This document shows positions 37,901 to 47,768 of a stretch of DNA of 64,000 nucleotides, in pieces (position 1 is the first letter of the stretch; each line of letters opens with the position of its first letter). The notes beneath the pieces were generated by a model that saw only the letters and a list, made by a program, of their open reading frames with translations, did not search any database and was not told the origin of the DNA. The stretch comes from an uncultured Acidobacteriota bacterium. Its GTDB lineage: Bacteria > Acidobacteriota > Blastocatellia > RBC074. The DNA is taken from contig CAWCKY010000006.1 of the NCBI GenBank assembly GCA_963796275.1, positions 2,048,001 to 2,112,000 on the forward strand, in the 5' to 3' direction. The position numbers and the translations under genes are program-made.

Positions 37901-38442
37901 GCACTGTATATGATCTCCCCTTGGGTCCCGACAAGAGATGGGCGAAAAGCGGCGTGCTCAGCGCGCTGGTAGGCGGCTGGCAGCTCAACGGCATTTTCAG
38001 CGCCTACACGGGGCGGCCCTACACACTTACCGCTTCCGGGTCGACGTTGAACATGCCGGGTAACCAGCAGACGCCGGACCAGATAAAGCCGGAGGTTGAA
38101 AAGCTGGGCAAGGTTGGTGACGATGGCACCTGGTTCGATACCAGCGCATTTGCGCGCCCCACTGGCGTCGCATTCGGTAATGTTGGCCGAAACACGATGA
38201 GTGGACCAGGTGTGGTGAACCTCGATCTGAGTCTGTTCCGAAACTTCAAACTCACAGAGCGCTTCAATCTTCAGTTTCGGGCCGAGTCATTCAATGTCAG
38301 CAATACGCCGCATTTCTCGACCCCGGTCGACGATACTGCCGATATTAATAGCTCGAACTTTGGGAGGATATTGTCAACGCAGTCCGCAGATGCGATGGGG
38401 CGATCTCGGGAATTCCGTTTCGGCTTACGTCTGAGCTTTTAG
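34918..38442 (+). CDS. TonB-dependent receptor (Oar-like)
   Basis: LPLSGYRNFQ; KSGTNEFHG; LGLRWE; C-terminal RFGLRLSF. Confidence 0.95.
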   Translation: MKREDRFARAIVVISCLAISLVYLGAGAPGASAQVLYGSIVGTVTDQTSAVVPNATVKVTNISTGLSRQVTADSAGSYSIPNLLEGEYDLSVSAGGFKPLTQKGVSVRINNVAHVDVRLEVGGVADFVTVDASGALLQTTKADVNSNLESKAIENLPLSGYRNFQSLVNLVPGATPGRFQNAVIDTPQRDLTTNVNGQERGANNTRVDGAANILVTMPHHMVYVPPVESIQEVNISTNNFDAEQGITGGAAVTVSTKSGTNEFHGSAFAYHANNATRAFLWDENRAGLTKKPKGIRNFDGASIGGPIKKNKLFFFADWEGTFERVGRSRLYSVPTGDFRMGDFSRTLGSQILDANGDTIPVPTTEGGSVPLQGGMIFDPFTGNEDGTGRSVFSSGGRLNVIPAARLNSRMMQLLGLVPLPNQPGDLNNFFNIGTQRLNRNNVDAKVNWNRNEKNQVWFKYSVMSALVNGDFGLGEAGGECLCDGGVGAGQTLVQLATIGQTYTVSPNLVIDGTFGWTRFGQNVQSPDLGTNFGSDVLGIPGTNGPDPRESGMPAFNFSDYSSLGNTEGWNPLFRNDQSFTFNTNASWVKGKHEIRFGFDYLHHLMNHWQPELGSGPRGAFTFDPGVTALNPTAFGDTVGFQGDTPSFENSWNSLAGFLLGTPTVSGKSSQYIKMDSKENVFAFYVRDRWRVTPKLTLSLGLRWELYPNRTRSAGLGIESYDPATNEVLIGGRGDLSRDNGVGYSKKLFAPRIGFAYQLGNSTVIRSGYGITYHSHPWGAQALRGWFPLTIAAEFSGVNGFQPVTTDPNYIAAGVPNQPLGTDVGILPICCPDISTGRVPLPSANEMGYPVANRQLNRGYIQSWNFIVETKLPGEFVTSVGYVGTASVNGFAFLDINASQIPGSGNDGRPLFARFGRTATTREWDGRTHSNYHSLQTTVNRRLTGGLFLKAAYTYSHAIDLADYSDWTEFLWNAPSVFGRNRATSSSNIPHVFQFGTVYDLPLGPDKRWAKSGVLSALVGGWQLNGIFSAYTGRPYTLTASGSTLNMPGNQQTPDQIKPEVEKLGKVGDDGTWFDTSAFARPTGVAFGNVGRNTMSGPGVVNLDLSLFRNFKLTERFNLQFRAESFNVSNTPHFSTPVDDTADINSSNFGRILSTQSADAMGRSREFRFGLRLSF

Positions 38443-38507
38443 TCGTCATCATTACCATGGTGATATGCACAGAAAGCCGGGGTTCACTTGTTCCGATCTC
38501 AATCGAT

Positions 38508-38996
38508 TCAGGGACGGGAACTGAGCGCGATCGCGAAGAGCAATGCCGCCAGAAGTGAGGCTGCCGTTCGCACGTGATTCCAGGCTGTCCAGCTTGAGAG
38601 GTATTCGGCCCAGAGCCTGGCGGCATTCGAGCCTCCCGGCTCAATTGCCGCCATTGCGTTGTTTCGCGGCACGTTGAACGCCCCCGTAACCAGAATTGTC
38701 CCGATCAAATAGAGCAAGCCGCCGGTCAGCCAATATATGGCGCGCTGATCGTGCCATCTGAGGACTGAGGCTGCGATCGCGAACAGGCACATCGCTGCCG
38801 TGCCGAAAAAGGCCGTCAGAAACCAGGGATTGATGACCACCACATTTATCGATTGCATGGCGGCAACGCCATGCGCCGGCGGAAGATTCCCAAGGGCCCT
38901 CATCACACATTTCGAAAAAGCAAAGAAGAAGCCGGAAATGAGGCCGCAGCCGAGCACTGACGCCAGAGTCATAACGAAGAGCAACCGTTCGAGCAC
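38508..38996 (-). CDS. DUF1772 / anthrone oxygenase family membrane protein
   Basis: GFFFAFS..VM; AMQSIN; NVPRN; WTAWNHVRT. Confidence 0.85.
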   Translation of the reverse strand: MLERLLFVMTLASVLGCGLISGFFFAFSKCVMRALGNLPPAHGVAAMQSINVVVINPWFLTAFFGTAAMCLFAIAASVLRWHDQRAIYWLTGGLLYLIGTILVTGAFNVPRNNAMAAIEPGGSNAARLWAEYLSSWTAWNHVRTAASLLAALLFAIALSSRP

Positions 38997-39199
38997 CGGA
39001 TAATCCTTTCGTTTCGTGTTGGTGCTACTGTGACGTAGCCATCGCCCATTATCATTCCGGTGCAGGGAATTGACAATTACCGCCGCTCACTCGAGCAATC
39101 GATAGAACGCAATCTCAGGCTTCTAAAGATTATCTCTTCACAGTTTGATCGTTATGCTTATGTCCTCCGTTGCCGGATTCTAAATCAGGTCACATATGC

Positions 39200-41860
39200 T
39201 TATTCGAATCGCAGCAATGCGGCAGGATCGGACCGCGCAGCGCGGCGCGCGGGCAAGCCGCAGGCGAGCGCGGCCGCAATCGCCAATACTGCAACCACGA
39301 TCAAATAAGTGACCGGATCGCCGGGAGAGATACCTACCAGCATAAACCTGAGAACACCACCCAAGGCGAAGGACAAGGGCAATCCGATCAAGAGCCCGAT
39401 CATGAACTGCCGCATACCCTGAAAGAAGATGTACCACCAAAGGCGAGATCCGATCGCACCCATTGCCGCACGGATAGCCATCTCGCGGGTCCGCTGGTTG
39501 ACGGACTGAGAAATCACGGCATACAGACCCGTGGATGCGAGCACCAGCGCGATAATCGCCAGGATGCTGAAAACGAAGCTGATGAAGCGAATGTCGATAT
39601 GTGTAGACGCGACATGATCGTCGAGAGAACGCAGATTGGATACGGGAAGGTTCGCATTCAATTCTTTCACGCTTTGCCGGAAGCCGAGAGCGAGGTTCAG
39701 CGGGTCGACACTTGTCCGCGCGACGACGGTCATATAACTACTAGGATTTTGCCGGTACGGCAGATATACGCGGGGAAGCCCCTTGCTGAAGCGGGTCTGA
39801 ACGATATCCGCTGTAACGCCGACGACTGTCGACCAGGCTTTGTTTTCCATGTCATCAAGGCGAATGCGTTTCCCGATCGGATTCTGGCCGGGCCAGTGTC
39901 TGTCGGCCAGGCTCTGATTGATGATCGCCGCTTCACGGCCAACGTCTCCGTCAAGCTCGGTGAATTCCCGTCCTCGTAATATCCGCCCCTGCATACAGTG
40001 AAAATATCCGGGGCCGATGGTCAAAAGCGTTGTCCGAGGCCGCTTGTTCTCATCGGCGACCGGCGATCCTTCGATCTGAAAAGGGTTCATCCGTTCCAGC
40101 CCGGACCAGTGGCCGGGCAACGCGGATGCGATCGTAGCCGATTCAATACCGGGCACCGCGGCGATGCGGGTGCGCAGCTCCTGAAAAAACGTTATCTGTT
40201 GCTGTGGCTTCTCGTATTTATGATGCGGCAAAGCTACCTGCATGGTCAGCACATTGGCGGTGTTTACGCCCAAATTCACGCTCCCGGCGCTAATCGTGCT
40301 TCGAATCATCAGCACCGCGCCCATCAAAAGAACCACGCAGAGAGCCACCTCGGCCCCGACCAGAATATGCGTTAACAACCGCCGCCGTACGCCGCCGCTT
40401 ATTGCCTGGCCGCCATCTTTCAATACGCTGCTCAGATCGATCTTGGATATTCGTAATGCAGGCGCGAGGCCGAAGACGATACCCGTTCCGATCGTGATCG
40501 CCGCCAGGTACAGCAGCACCGTTCTATCCACCGATAGTACGACCCAGCTGGGCAGCCTTCCCCCTATTGACCCGTTAGCCGCATCGAATGCCCTCACACC
40601 CCAATAGGCGAGAAATATTCCCAGCACGCCCGCCATAACTGACAACAGAACGCTCTCCGTGAGCAGTTGCCGGATGACTCGCGCTCGCCCAGCCCCCATG
40701 GCCGCGCGGATCGACATTTCGCGAGTCCGGATCAACCCTCGCCCGAGGAGCAGGTTTGCTGCATTCGCGCAGGCGATAAGAAGCACAAAGGCTACGCCGC
40801 CCCATAGAGTTTGCATGATTTGGCGGAATTGAAGTCTGAACATGTGTTGGTTTATGTTCCGGACTTCCGCCCTGACGGTCTTGTTGGTTGCGGGATAATC
40901 GACCGCTAGTTGACGCGCGACAGCGCCGACTTCAGCACTCGCTTGACCGATGCTGACTCCATCGGCGAGGCGGCCGAATACGAAGATGTTGCGTTGTTCC
41001 CTTGTTGACTGGGCCGGTTGAGTTATAAATGGAAGCCAGAGCTTGTTATCGGCAGGCAACGCTATGCCGGGAGCTGTCACGCCGATGATGGTAGCGGGCG
41101 TTTCGTCGATGCTTACGGTCTTCCCGACCACCGACTCGTCTTTGTTGTAACGAGTTTCCCAGACGCCGTAAGTCAGGAGCACGACGGGCGGCGCTCCGGG
41201 CTGAGTATCCGCTGGTTCCAGATCGCGCCCGAGCAGCGGTTTCTGGCCGAGAACTGACAAAGTGTTCGACGTTATCCGTGAGATAAAGTATCCCTCCGGA
41301 AAGTTTGCATCATCGCTCAAGTTGACGCCCCCGTACTGAAAAGCGGCGAGTTCGTCGAACGACTTCATCCGCTCTTTGAGATCACGATATTCGGCGTACG
41401 AGAAGACCTCGAGCGGCTCGGCCTCGCCGTGCGCCGTGTCAAAGCTGAAGAGGTAGGCGAGCCGCTCGCTGCCAGGGAATGACATATTACTGAATAGAAC
41501 CGCGTTCACAATCGTGAAGACGGCGGTGTTGGCCCCGATTGCGAGCGCCAGCCCGCAAACGGTGAACAACGTGAAACCTTTGTGCTTGAGCATCATCCGC
41601 AGCCCGTAGCGTAGATCCTGGAGCGTCGTTTCCACCAAAGCGATGCCTCTGCGTTCGCGATAGACCTCTTTGACCTGCTCGACTCCGCCGAATTTGCGTA
41701 AAGCCGCATGCCGCGCTTCTTCAGGGCTCATCCCTTGCCGCCGGTTATCCTCTATCTGTAACTCGAGATGAGAGCGGATTTCATCTTCCATATCTCGCTC
41801 GAGCCTGCGCTTCAGAAATAACCCCCGTAAACGGTGGATGAAGACTCGTAACCATGTCAT
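39200..41860 (-). CDS. Acidobacterial duplicated orphan ABC permease (MacB/FtsX-like)
   Basis: EDEIRSHLE..AALRKFGG prefix; QDLRYGLR; LLIACAN; two REMxIRAAMGA repeats; terminal DPAALLRFE. Confidence 0.93.
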   Translation of the reverse strand: MTWLRVFIHRLRGLFLKRRLERDMEDEIRSHLELQIEDNRRQGMSPEEARHAALRKFGGVEQVKEVYRERRGIALVETTLQDLRYGLRMMLKHKGFTLFTVCGLALAIGANTAVFTIVNAVLFSNMSFPGSERLAYLFSFDTAHGEAEPLEVFSYAEYRDLKERMKSFDELAAFQYGGVNLSDDANFPEGYFISRITSNTLSVLGQKPLLGRDLEPADTQPGAPPVVLLTYGVWETRYNKDESVVGKTVSIDETPATIIGVTAPGIALPADNKLWLPFITQPAQSTREQRNIFVFGRLADGVSIGQASAEVGAVARQLAVDYPATNKTVRAEVRNINQHMFRLQFRQIMQTLWGGVAFVLLIACANAANLLLGRGLIRTREMSIRAAMGAGRARVIRQLLTESVLLSVMAGVLGIFLAYWGVRAFDAANGSIGGRLPSWVVLSVDRTVLLYLAAITIGTGIVFGLAPALRISKIDLSSVLKDGGQAISGGVRRRLLTHILVGAEVALCVVLLMGAVLMIRSTISAGSVNLGVNTANVLTMQVALPHHKYEKPQQQITFFQELRTRIAAVPGIESATIASALPGHWSGLERMNPFQIEGSPVADENKRPRTTLLTIGPGYFHCMQGRILRGREFTELDGDVGREAAIINQSLADRHWPGQNPIGKRIRLDDMENKAWSTVVGVTADIVQTRFSKGLPRVYLPYRQNPSSYMTVVARTSVDPLNLALGFRQSVKELNANLPVSNLRSLDDHVASTHIDIRFISFVFSILAIIALVLASTGLYAVISQSVNQRTREMAIRAAMGAIGSRLWWYIFFQGMRQFMIGLLIGLPLSFALGGVLRFMLVGISPGDPVTYLIVVAVLAIAAALACGLPARRAARSDPAALLRFE

Positions 41861-42093
41861 AAGGTTTCTCCTGAGGTTTGTTGAGTCGGGTCAGCAACTG
41901 TCTCCTGTTGGTGAACAAACGGAGACTATCTCATGTTCTGTAGGTAGTCAACATAATCGGAAGCCGGCCGAGATTCGACAAAATGACGCCATAAAAAGAA
42001 GGGCACAAAAAGGGAGTAGGGAGAGTGGCGCGTTATTTCCACACCCCGATTCCTGATGTATGCCCTTTGGACTTTGTGATTTATTCGGTGAAT

Positions 42094-42978
42094 TTATCCT
42101 CGTCTTGCCGCTTCTTCCAACTTCGCTATATCAATTTTTTTCATTTGCAGGAATGCTTCCGTGACGCGCGCGATCTTCTTTTCATCCTTTTGTCGGAATA
42201 CTTCATCCATACCGGTGTGCGTGATTTGCCAGGAGAACCCGAATTTGTCTTTGAGCCATCCGCATTGTTCCGCCTCGGGCACTGCTGTGAGTTTGTCCCA
42301 ATAGTAATCGATCTCTTCTTGTGTATCGCAGTGCACCATCAATGAAATTGCCTCATTGAATGCAAAATTGTGTCCGTAAGCGCTGTCCATGGCTGCAAAT
42401 GCCTGTCCTTCCAGGACGAACGCGGCGTGTTTAACGGTGCCGGCTTTATTGGGCGCATCGCCAGAGTCATATCTGTGCATGCCATCGACTCGCGCATTGC
42501 GGAAGATCGAAACGTAATGATTTATCGCCTCTTCGGCTTTTCCGCACTGCTTACCCACAAACATCAGGGTGGGGGTGATTGCTTGTTCGATTGGCTGGCC
42601 AACTTGATACATCAATTGCCACGACAGACCATACTTGTCTTGCGTCCACGCGTATCTTTCACTGAAAGGATAGGGCCCGAGTTCCATGAGCACATCACCG
42701 CCTTTCGATATCTTGTCAAATGCCGCATCTACAGCTTTCTCGGAGTCGAACGCCACCAGGAAAGAGACGGAAGGGTTGAACTTGAAAAGCGGGCCTGCGC
42801 TGATGAGAGTGAATTCTTGTTCCGCCAGTTCAATGGTTACAATGTCCACCGAACCCGAGGGAGTGTTGTGTATCGTGGTCGTGTCCTTATGTTTTGACTC
42901 CTTGAAGATCGAGACATAGAAGTTCGCGGCTTCTATCGCCTCTTTGTCGTACCACAGATGTGGAGTTATTTTGTGCAC
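42094..42978 (-). CDS. Double-domain VOC/PhnB (3-demethylubiquinone-9 3-methyltransferase-like) protein
   Basis: KITPHLWY and ITPTLMF repeats; QDKYGLSWQ; CGWLKDKFGFSWQ. Confidence 0.9.
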   Translation of the reverse strand: MHKITPHLWYDKEAIEAANFYVSIFKESKHKDTTTIHNTPSGSVDIVTIELAEQEFTLISAGPLFKFNPSVSFLVAFDSEKAVDAAFDKISKGGDVLMELGPYPFSERYAWTQDKYGLSWQLMYQVGQPIEQAITPTLMFVGKQCGKAEEAINHYVSIFRNARVDGMHRYDSGDAPNKAGTVKHAAFVLEGQAFAAMDSAYGHNFAFNEAISLMVHCDTQEEIDYYWDKLTAVPEAEQCGWLKDKFGFSWQITHTGMDEVFRQKDEKKIARVTEAFLQMKKIDIAKLEEAARRG

Positions 42979-43333
42979 GATTATTTCCTTTCTCCGGCAT
43001 AAAATGCAGGTTTGGCAGGGATTGATTTAAGACGCTGAGCACTTAGCGATGCTCTTACCATTTTTTGAATTTGTAAGCATGCCTGCATACCCAAAGCTTG
43101 CGTGGCTCCTGGGCTGATTTTTCTGGCTCAAATGGCTCAGTGATTCTAACGCCTTATGAAACTTGGGTAAACTCCGTGTTCAACCGCCTTCACTCTGCAG
43201 CCGAGTAATAACGATAGAAAGAAGCAGATTCCTACCGAGCCCCGAACGAGAGTAACAAATACGATCATGTCGAATTATGGCCAGAAAATTTTCTGAAGCG
43301 AATTGGATCATCGTGCGCCTCAATGAATGAGGG

Positions 43334-43368
43334 AAAAAGGGGAGGGGATGCGCTCACATCTCCTCCCC
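43334..43368 (-). terminator. Rho-independent terminator of the cytochrome gene
   Basis: 12-bp GC-rich stem followed by a T5 tract on the minus strand. Confidence 0.6.
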
Positions 43369-43433
43369 ATGTCGAGACACCGGGCAGCGGGCATGTTCGT
43401 CCCGCTTATAAACTGCCCATGATGCTGTAGCTG

Positions 43434-44891
43434 TTATAGTGATTTAAGGTACTCCACGAGAGCACGCTTATCCTCTTCAGACAATCCGAGGTTGAATTGA
43501 ATATTGTAATGATTGACTACGTCCAGCAGCGTCACAAACCGCCCGTCATGATAAAACCGCCCTTTGTTTTCCGGACTCATGAACAGGCCGCGCTCGCGGA
43601 CGAAGAGAGCCGCCAGGTTCTGTGTTTTATATACGTGATCCGGCCCGCGATCAGCCTGGAAACTGTCAATGCCGATCTCTTCGGCTTTGTGCAGATTCCA
43701 GCCAGGCTCAGTCCAGAGCGGAGTCACATGGCATTCGTTGCATCGCGCTTTGCCGATAAATAACGCCTCTCCACGCTTGGCCGCCGAGGTATCAAAGTCC
43801 TTTCCCGGTTTCGGTTTCGGCGAAGGAATGGCCAGTTGATAAAAATGAAGCGCGGGGAGCTTCGATGTGATCCTGTCTTCTTCTGGAGGCGTTCTTATAT
43901 GTCCTAGGCGGTTTCTGGCCGCAACCGGATATTGTTCTGCGTTATCCAATCGCGGGTCGTAGAAATTCCCCACCCCGCGTAGTTCCAGGTTGGCGACGAA
44001 AGCATTCCAATAAGAGACGGTGCCCCACGCACCGGTCCAGGTATGCTGGTTGAAGCCGGCCAGTCCAAAAGCGTTGGGGATCATCGTGGCTCCCGAGACG
44101 TTCGTCCCAGTCACGACGCCGTGAGACACCTGCTGGGGGTTGAACGCCTTACCGTCCAGGAAGAGTTCTGCGTCGAATTTTCCCGGCCCCCAACTGTTGA
44201 GCACCAAACGGACGGTCGGCACATCTACACCCAGCAGGTCAGCAACGGGTTGGAGATTGGGAGCCAGCGCCGCGATCGCACCGATATTTAGGTCACGATT
44301 GGCCCACCCATCCAGCCGATGGCCGATGCCGAAAGCCAGTGAGTTATCCACCGTCGAATGACAGATGGCGCACTGCAGGCCGATTGAACGGAGCGTCCCC
44401 CGCTCGTTGAAGAAACCGGTCACGCCCACGACCGAGTTAAGTTTCAGCAGCGCGAGCGTCGTGGCCGGATCATCCAGATTTACCTGGCCCGCCTTCAGTT
44501 GATTGACGAGCGATTTCGGCAGCGCATCCACATCAACTTTCAATCCGACGGTAAGCGCAGTCCTCGGGCTGACGCCGGGTCCGACCCCGCCCAGTTTCTC
44601 GCCTTCAATGGCCTCATGCAGCCTGAGAGCGTCGCCCCAGAATGCCTCATCGCCAAAAGTGTCGAAGCGGAATGTACGTCTGCCCTCGCTGATCAACCGT
44701 GAGGCATTGATGAAAATCTGAGCATCAGATACACCACCGTTCTGCGTCATGGTTCGATTGAGTTGTTCCTCGATAGCCTGTTCCTGAGTTTGCCCCTGCT
44801 GAGCCTGGCTTTTATCAAACAATATCAGCGCGGCTGCTAACGCCACTACCAGCGTTATAGTCAGAGAGACAAATCGTTTTCTGTCCGTCAT
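43434..44891 (-). CDS. Secreted di-haem c-type cytochrome (CcP/MauG-superfamily-like)
   Basis: Signal peptide; CAICH and CNECH; FYHDGRF; LVEYLKSL terminus; GGAGG RBS. Confidence 0.8.
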   Translation of the reverse strand: MTDRKRFVSLTITLVVALAAALILFDKSQAQQGQTQEQAIEEQLNRTMTQNGGVSDAQIFINASRLISEGRRTFRFDTFGDEAFWGDALRLHEAIEGEKLGGVGPGVSPRTALTVGLKVDVDALPKSLVNQLKAGQVNLDDPATTLALLKLNSVVGVTGFFNERGTLRSIGLQCAICHSTVDNSLAFGIGHRLDGWANRDLNIGAIAALAPNLQPVADLLGVDVPTVRLVLNSWGPGKFDAELFLDGKAFNPQQVSHGVVTGTNVSGATMIPNAFGLAGFNQHTWTGAWGTVSYWNAFVANLELRGVGNFYDPRLDNAEQYPVAARNRLGHIRTPPEEDRITSKLPALHFYQLAIPSPKPKPGKDFDTSAAKRGEALFIGKARCNECHVTPLWTEPGWNLHKAEEIGIDSFQADRGPDHVYKTQNLAALFVRERGLFMSPENKGRFYHDGRFVTLLDVVNHYNIQFNLGLSEEDKRALVEYLKSL

Positions 44892-45431
44892 AATTTATTT
44901 TACCTCCTGTTTTCATTCGCATACTTAATTCGTTTATTACTAGCGCTCAAAGAACGGTTCCGTACGTAGTCAGGAGGGCGAGACTCTCTGGCAGCGCACA
45001 GCTTCGCCGCAAGACTGCAGCGTCATACCTACCGTCCATGCGTTGGTCAGGTCCGATTCAGACAAAATGCCGTCGTCGTCCTGTCCGTCAGGAGAATTTG
45101 TGTTTTTTCTGTATCGGGAGTTCCAAATCTAGCGAAGCGCCCTAAAGCTGAGTCTTAGGTTACACCTTAAATTTGGACCTGTAAATAAGCGGATACTTAT
45201 TTCAGGTAGATTTCTAGGTGAGTCAACAGATAAACCTTCGATGAGCGCGCCGGATGCCCGCTCACGGCGGATATGCCAACATCGCCCATGTGTTGAAGAA
45301 TTTGCGATCTACGATCCATTCAATGCATGATGAAGACATCGCCCATAAAAAGTGTCGTGTCAAACATTTCCAACACGCGAATCTGTTTTTACAACCCCCA
45401 TCGATTCAGGAGTGAACGTAGTCAAAATTTT

Positions 45432-46061
45432 ATGCAGAGTTACATAAACTGGATTGTATTCGACCTCGGCGGAGTGGTGGTGAAGCTCAACATCCACGGG
45501 GTACTGGATGAACTCGCACGCCGCAGTGATACGGACAGAAGTTCGATCGAAACTTTTATAGGCGCGCGCGACGAGTCGGGGTTGTCGCCGGATGAGAGGC
45601 TGCAGCTGGGCCTGCTCGAAATTGACGAGTACGTTGACCTGCTGAATCGGGCGCTCAACCGCAGGTTGGAGCGCGAGGAGATCATCGATCTGCGGCTGCA
45701 GGTGATTCAGGGCGAGGACGAGGGCGTACTGGAACTAATTCGCGCCTTATCAATCCGGCGGAAGGTCGCCTGCTTTTCCAATACGCACGCCATCCATTGG
45801 GATCACATGCTGGCCAATTACCAATCATTCAAACTCTTTCACCATACGGTCGCCTCACACCTAATTCACGCTGCCAAGCCCGATTCAAAAGCATTTGATC
45901 TCGCATGCCGTGAACTTAAAGCCGCCCCCGCCGATTGTCTGCTGGTCGATGACATATCAGCCAACGTAGACGCCGCACGCGGAGCCGGGTGGAGCGCAAT
46001 TCACTTCAAGGGAGTCGTATCATTGCGCGAGGAATTAAAAGATTACGGCATCTGCCTCTGA
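45432..46061 (+). CDS. HAD-family phosphatase
   Basis: FDLGGVV; FSNT; KPD; VDD..NV..AR..GW. Confidence 0.9.
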   Translation: MQSYINWIVFDLGGVVVKLNIHGVLDELARRSDTDRSSIETFIGARDESGLSPDERLQLGLLEIDEYVDLLNRALNRRLEREEIIDLRLQVIQGEDEGVLELIRALSIRRKVACFSNTHAIHWDHMLANYQSFKLFHHTVASHLIHAAKPDSKAFDLACRELKAAPADCLLVDDISANVDAARGAGWSAIHFKGVVSLREELKDYGICL

Positions 46062-46221
46062 CGCGCAGCCGGATTTTTTTTGGAAAAAATCGTCTCCCGC
46101 GCCATTCTCGGCAAAACCAAGCGCGGCAAACCTCTCGGCGTTTGGTCAATTTCGACGCATATAATCGACGCATTTAGCGGCTGCGACTCGCAGAGATTTC
46201 GAGCGAATGCGATTTTTATCC

Positions 46222-46253
46222 CCCTTGACAAGAAAAGTTGTCAAGGGTAGATT
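46222..46253 (+). promoter_or_regulatory. sigma70 promoter overlapped by a palindromic operator
   Basis: TTGACA-17-TAGATT; perfect CCCTTGACAA-N6-TTGTCAAGGG inverted repeat; ATG 6 nt after the -10 box. Confidence 0.8.
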
Positions 46254-46259
46254 GAATTT

Positions 46260-46850
46260 ATGCTTGAAGTGGAAGTCATCGATGATCCTGCGACTGCGAC
46301 GGTGGCCCTAGACCCGGTGAGGAGCCGGATACTGTCGGAGTTATCTGAACCTGCCTCGGCCGCGGCACTCGCGATCCGACTAGGGATTGCGCGGCAGAAA
46401 ATCAACTATCACCTGCGAGCGCTTGAGGCGCATCGTCTGGTGCGAGTGGCAGAGAAGCGCCAATGGGGCGGACTGACGGAACGCTTGCTGGTCGCGACCG
46501 CGGCTTCCTACGTAGTCTCACCGGGCGCGCTGGGCCCGGCCGCGGCGGATCCGGGTCGTGATGCGGACCGTCTTTCCGCAAGCTATCTCATTGCCCTGGC
46601 CGCCCGCATTATTCGTGAGGTCGGCACACTCCTGCGTCGTTCCAGGGAAATCGGCAAACGCCTGCCGACCCTGTCACTGGACACCGAGATACGATTCCGG
46701 TCCGCGGCAGATCGCGCGGCGTTCAGTCACGAACTCGCCGAAGCCATTACAAAACTTGTGTCGCATTATCACGATGCATCGGCCACTGGCGGCCGCTCGC
46801 ATCGACTGGTGATCGTGGCGCATCCTTTGCCACAAACATCCAATTCCTAG
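46260..46850 (+). CDS. ArsR-like winged-helix regulator
   Basis: LDPVRSRIL..SAAALA..RQKINYHLRALE. Confidence 0.9.
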   Translation: MLEVEVIDDPATATVALDPVRSRILSELSEPASAAALAIRLGIARQKINYHLRALEAHRLVRVAEKRQWGGLTERLLVATAASYVVSPGALGPAAADPGRDADRLSASYLIALAARIIREVGTLLRRSREIGKRLPTLSLDTEIRFRSAADRAAFSHELAEAITKLVSHYHDASATGGRSHRLVIVAHPLPQTSNS

Positions 46851-46865
46851 GAGATATCATCGAGC

Positions 46866-47702
46866 GTGAAGAAAGACCCATCCGGTCGCCGATCAGTCCA
46901 AGCTGAAGTTGAAGTCCCTGGTACGCCGGAGGAAGTCTGGCAGGCCATCGCAACCGGACCCGGAGTCTCCGCTTGGTTCGTCCCGACCGAGGTCGACGAG
47001 CAAGGTGGAGTGCCCAGCGCGGTACGTTCCGATTTTGGCCCGGGCATGGAATCACGAGCAACCGTGACCGCTTGGGAGCCTCCCCACCGGTTCGCTACAG
47101 AGAGCCAGGACTTGGGACCGAACGCTCCTGCGGTCGCCACAGAATGGATCGTTGAAGCGCGGTCTGGCGGCACCTGCGTCGTGCGGGTGGTTCACAGCCT
47201 CTTTGCCAGCGGCGACGATTGGGACAATCAGCTCGAAGGTTGGGAATATGGTTGGCCTGGTTTCTTCCGCATTCTGCGGCAGTACCTCTCTCACTTTCGC
47301 GGTCAATTTGGGTCGGCCATGCAACTCGCTGGCGTTGCAACGGAGCCCAGGTCCGAGGCTTGGGCAAGGCTGACCGGATTGCTCGGCTTGGCCGGAACGA
47401 CAAAGGGAAAGCGTGTTAGCGCGCCCGCCGGCGCTCCGCAACTCGCGGGGTCGGTCGAACATGTGGGCGAAGCGGCGTTCCCCGAAGAAATTCTTCTTAA
47501 ACTGGACGACCCGGCGCCCGGCCTCGCCCACCTTTTTGCTATGGATATGGGAGGCCAGGTTTTCCTCTCAATCCGCTTTTATCTTTATGGTGACCGGGCG
47601 GCAGCCACAATCGCACGCGACGAATCGGTGTGGCGGGACTGGATGACCGAGCATTTCCCATTTGTTGGCGTAGGTATTGATCAACAGAACGCGTGCGGTT
47701 AG
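46866..47702 (+). CDS. SRPBCC (START/Bet v1/AHSA1) domain protein
   Basis: EVPGTPEEVWQAIATGPG..WF; TAWEPP; true start probably at 46859 (see findings). Confidence 0.88.
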   Translation: MKKDPSGRRSVQAEVEVPGTPEEVWQAIATGPGVSAWFVPTEVDEQGGVPSAVRSDFGPGMESRATVTAWEPPHRFATESQDLGPNAPAVATEWIVEARSGGTCVVRVVHSLFASGDDWDNQLEGWEYGWPGFFRILRQYLSHFRGQFGSAMQLAGVATEPRSEAWARLTGLLGLAGTTKGKRVSAPAGAPQLAGSVEHVGEAAFPEEILLKLDDPAPGLAHLFAMDMGGQVFLSIRFYLYGDRAAATIARDESVWRDWMTEHFPFVGVGIDQQNACG

Positions 47703-47768
47703 GTATCGAGGCGAGGATGAATGACGTGATCCATTATCAAGATCGATCGGCACCAGTTAAGGAGACAT

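Noticed and set aside
43020-43320. Small lipoprotein-like frame (LLLGC) on the minus strand
   Set aside because: No in-frame start with RBS and it ends shortly after; at best a relic
44900-45180. Riboswitch in the cytochrome leader
   Set aside because: No known aptamer consensus recognised; an Rfam scan would be needed
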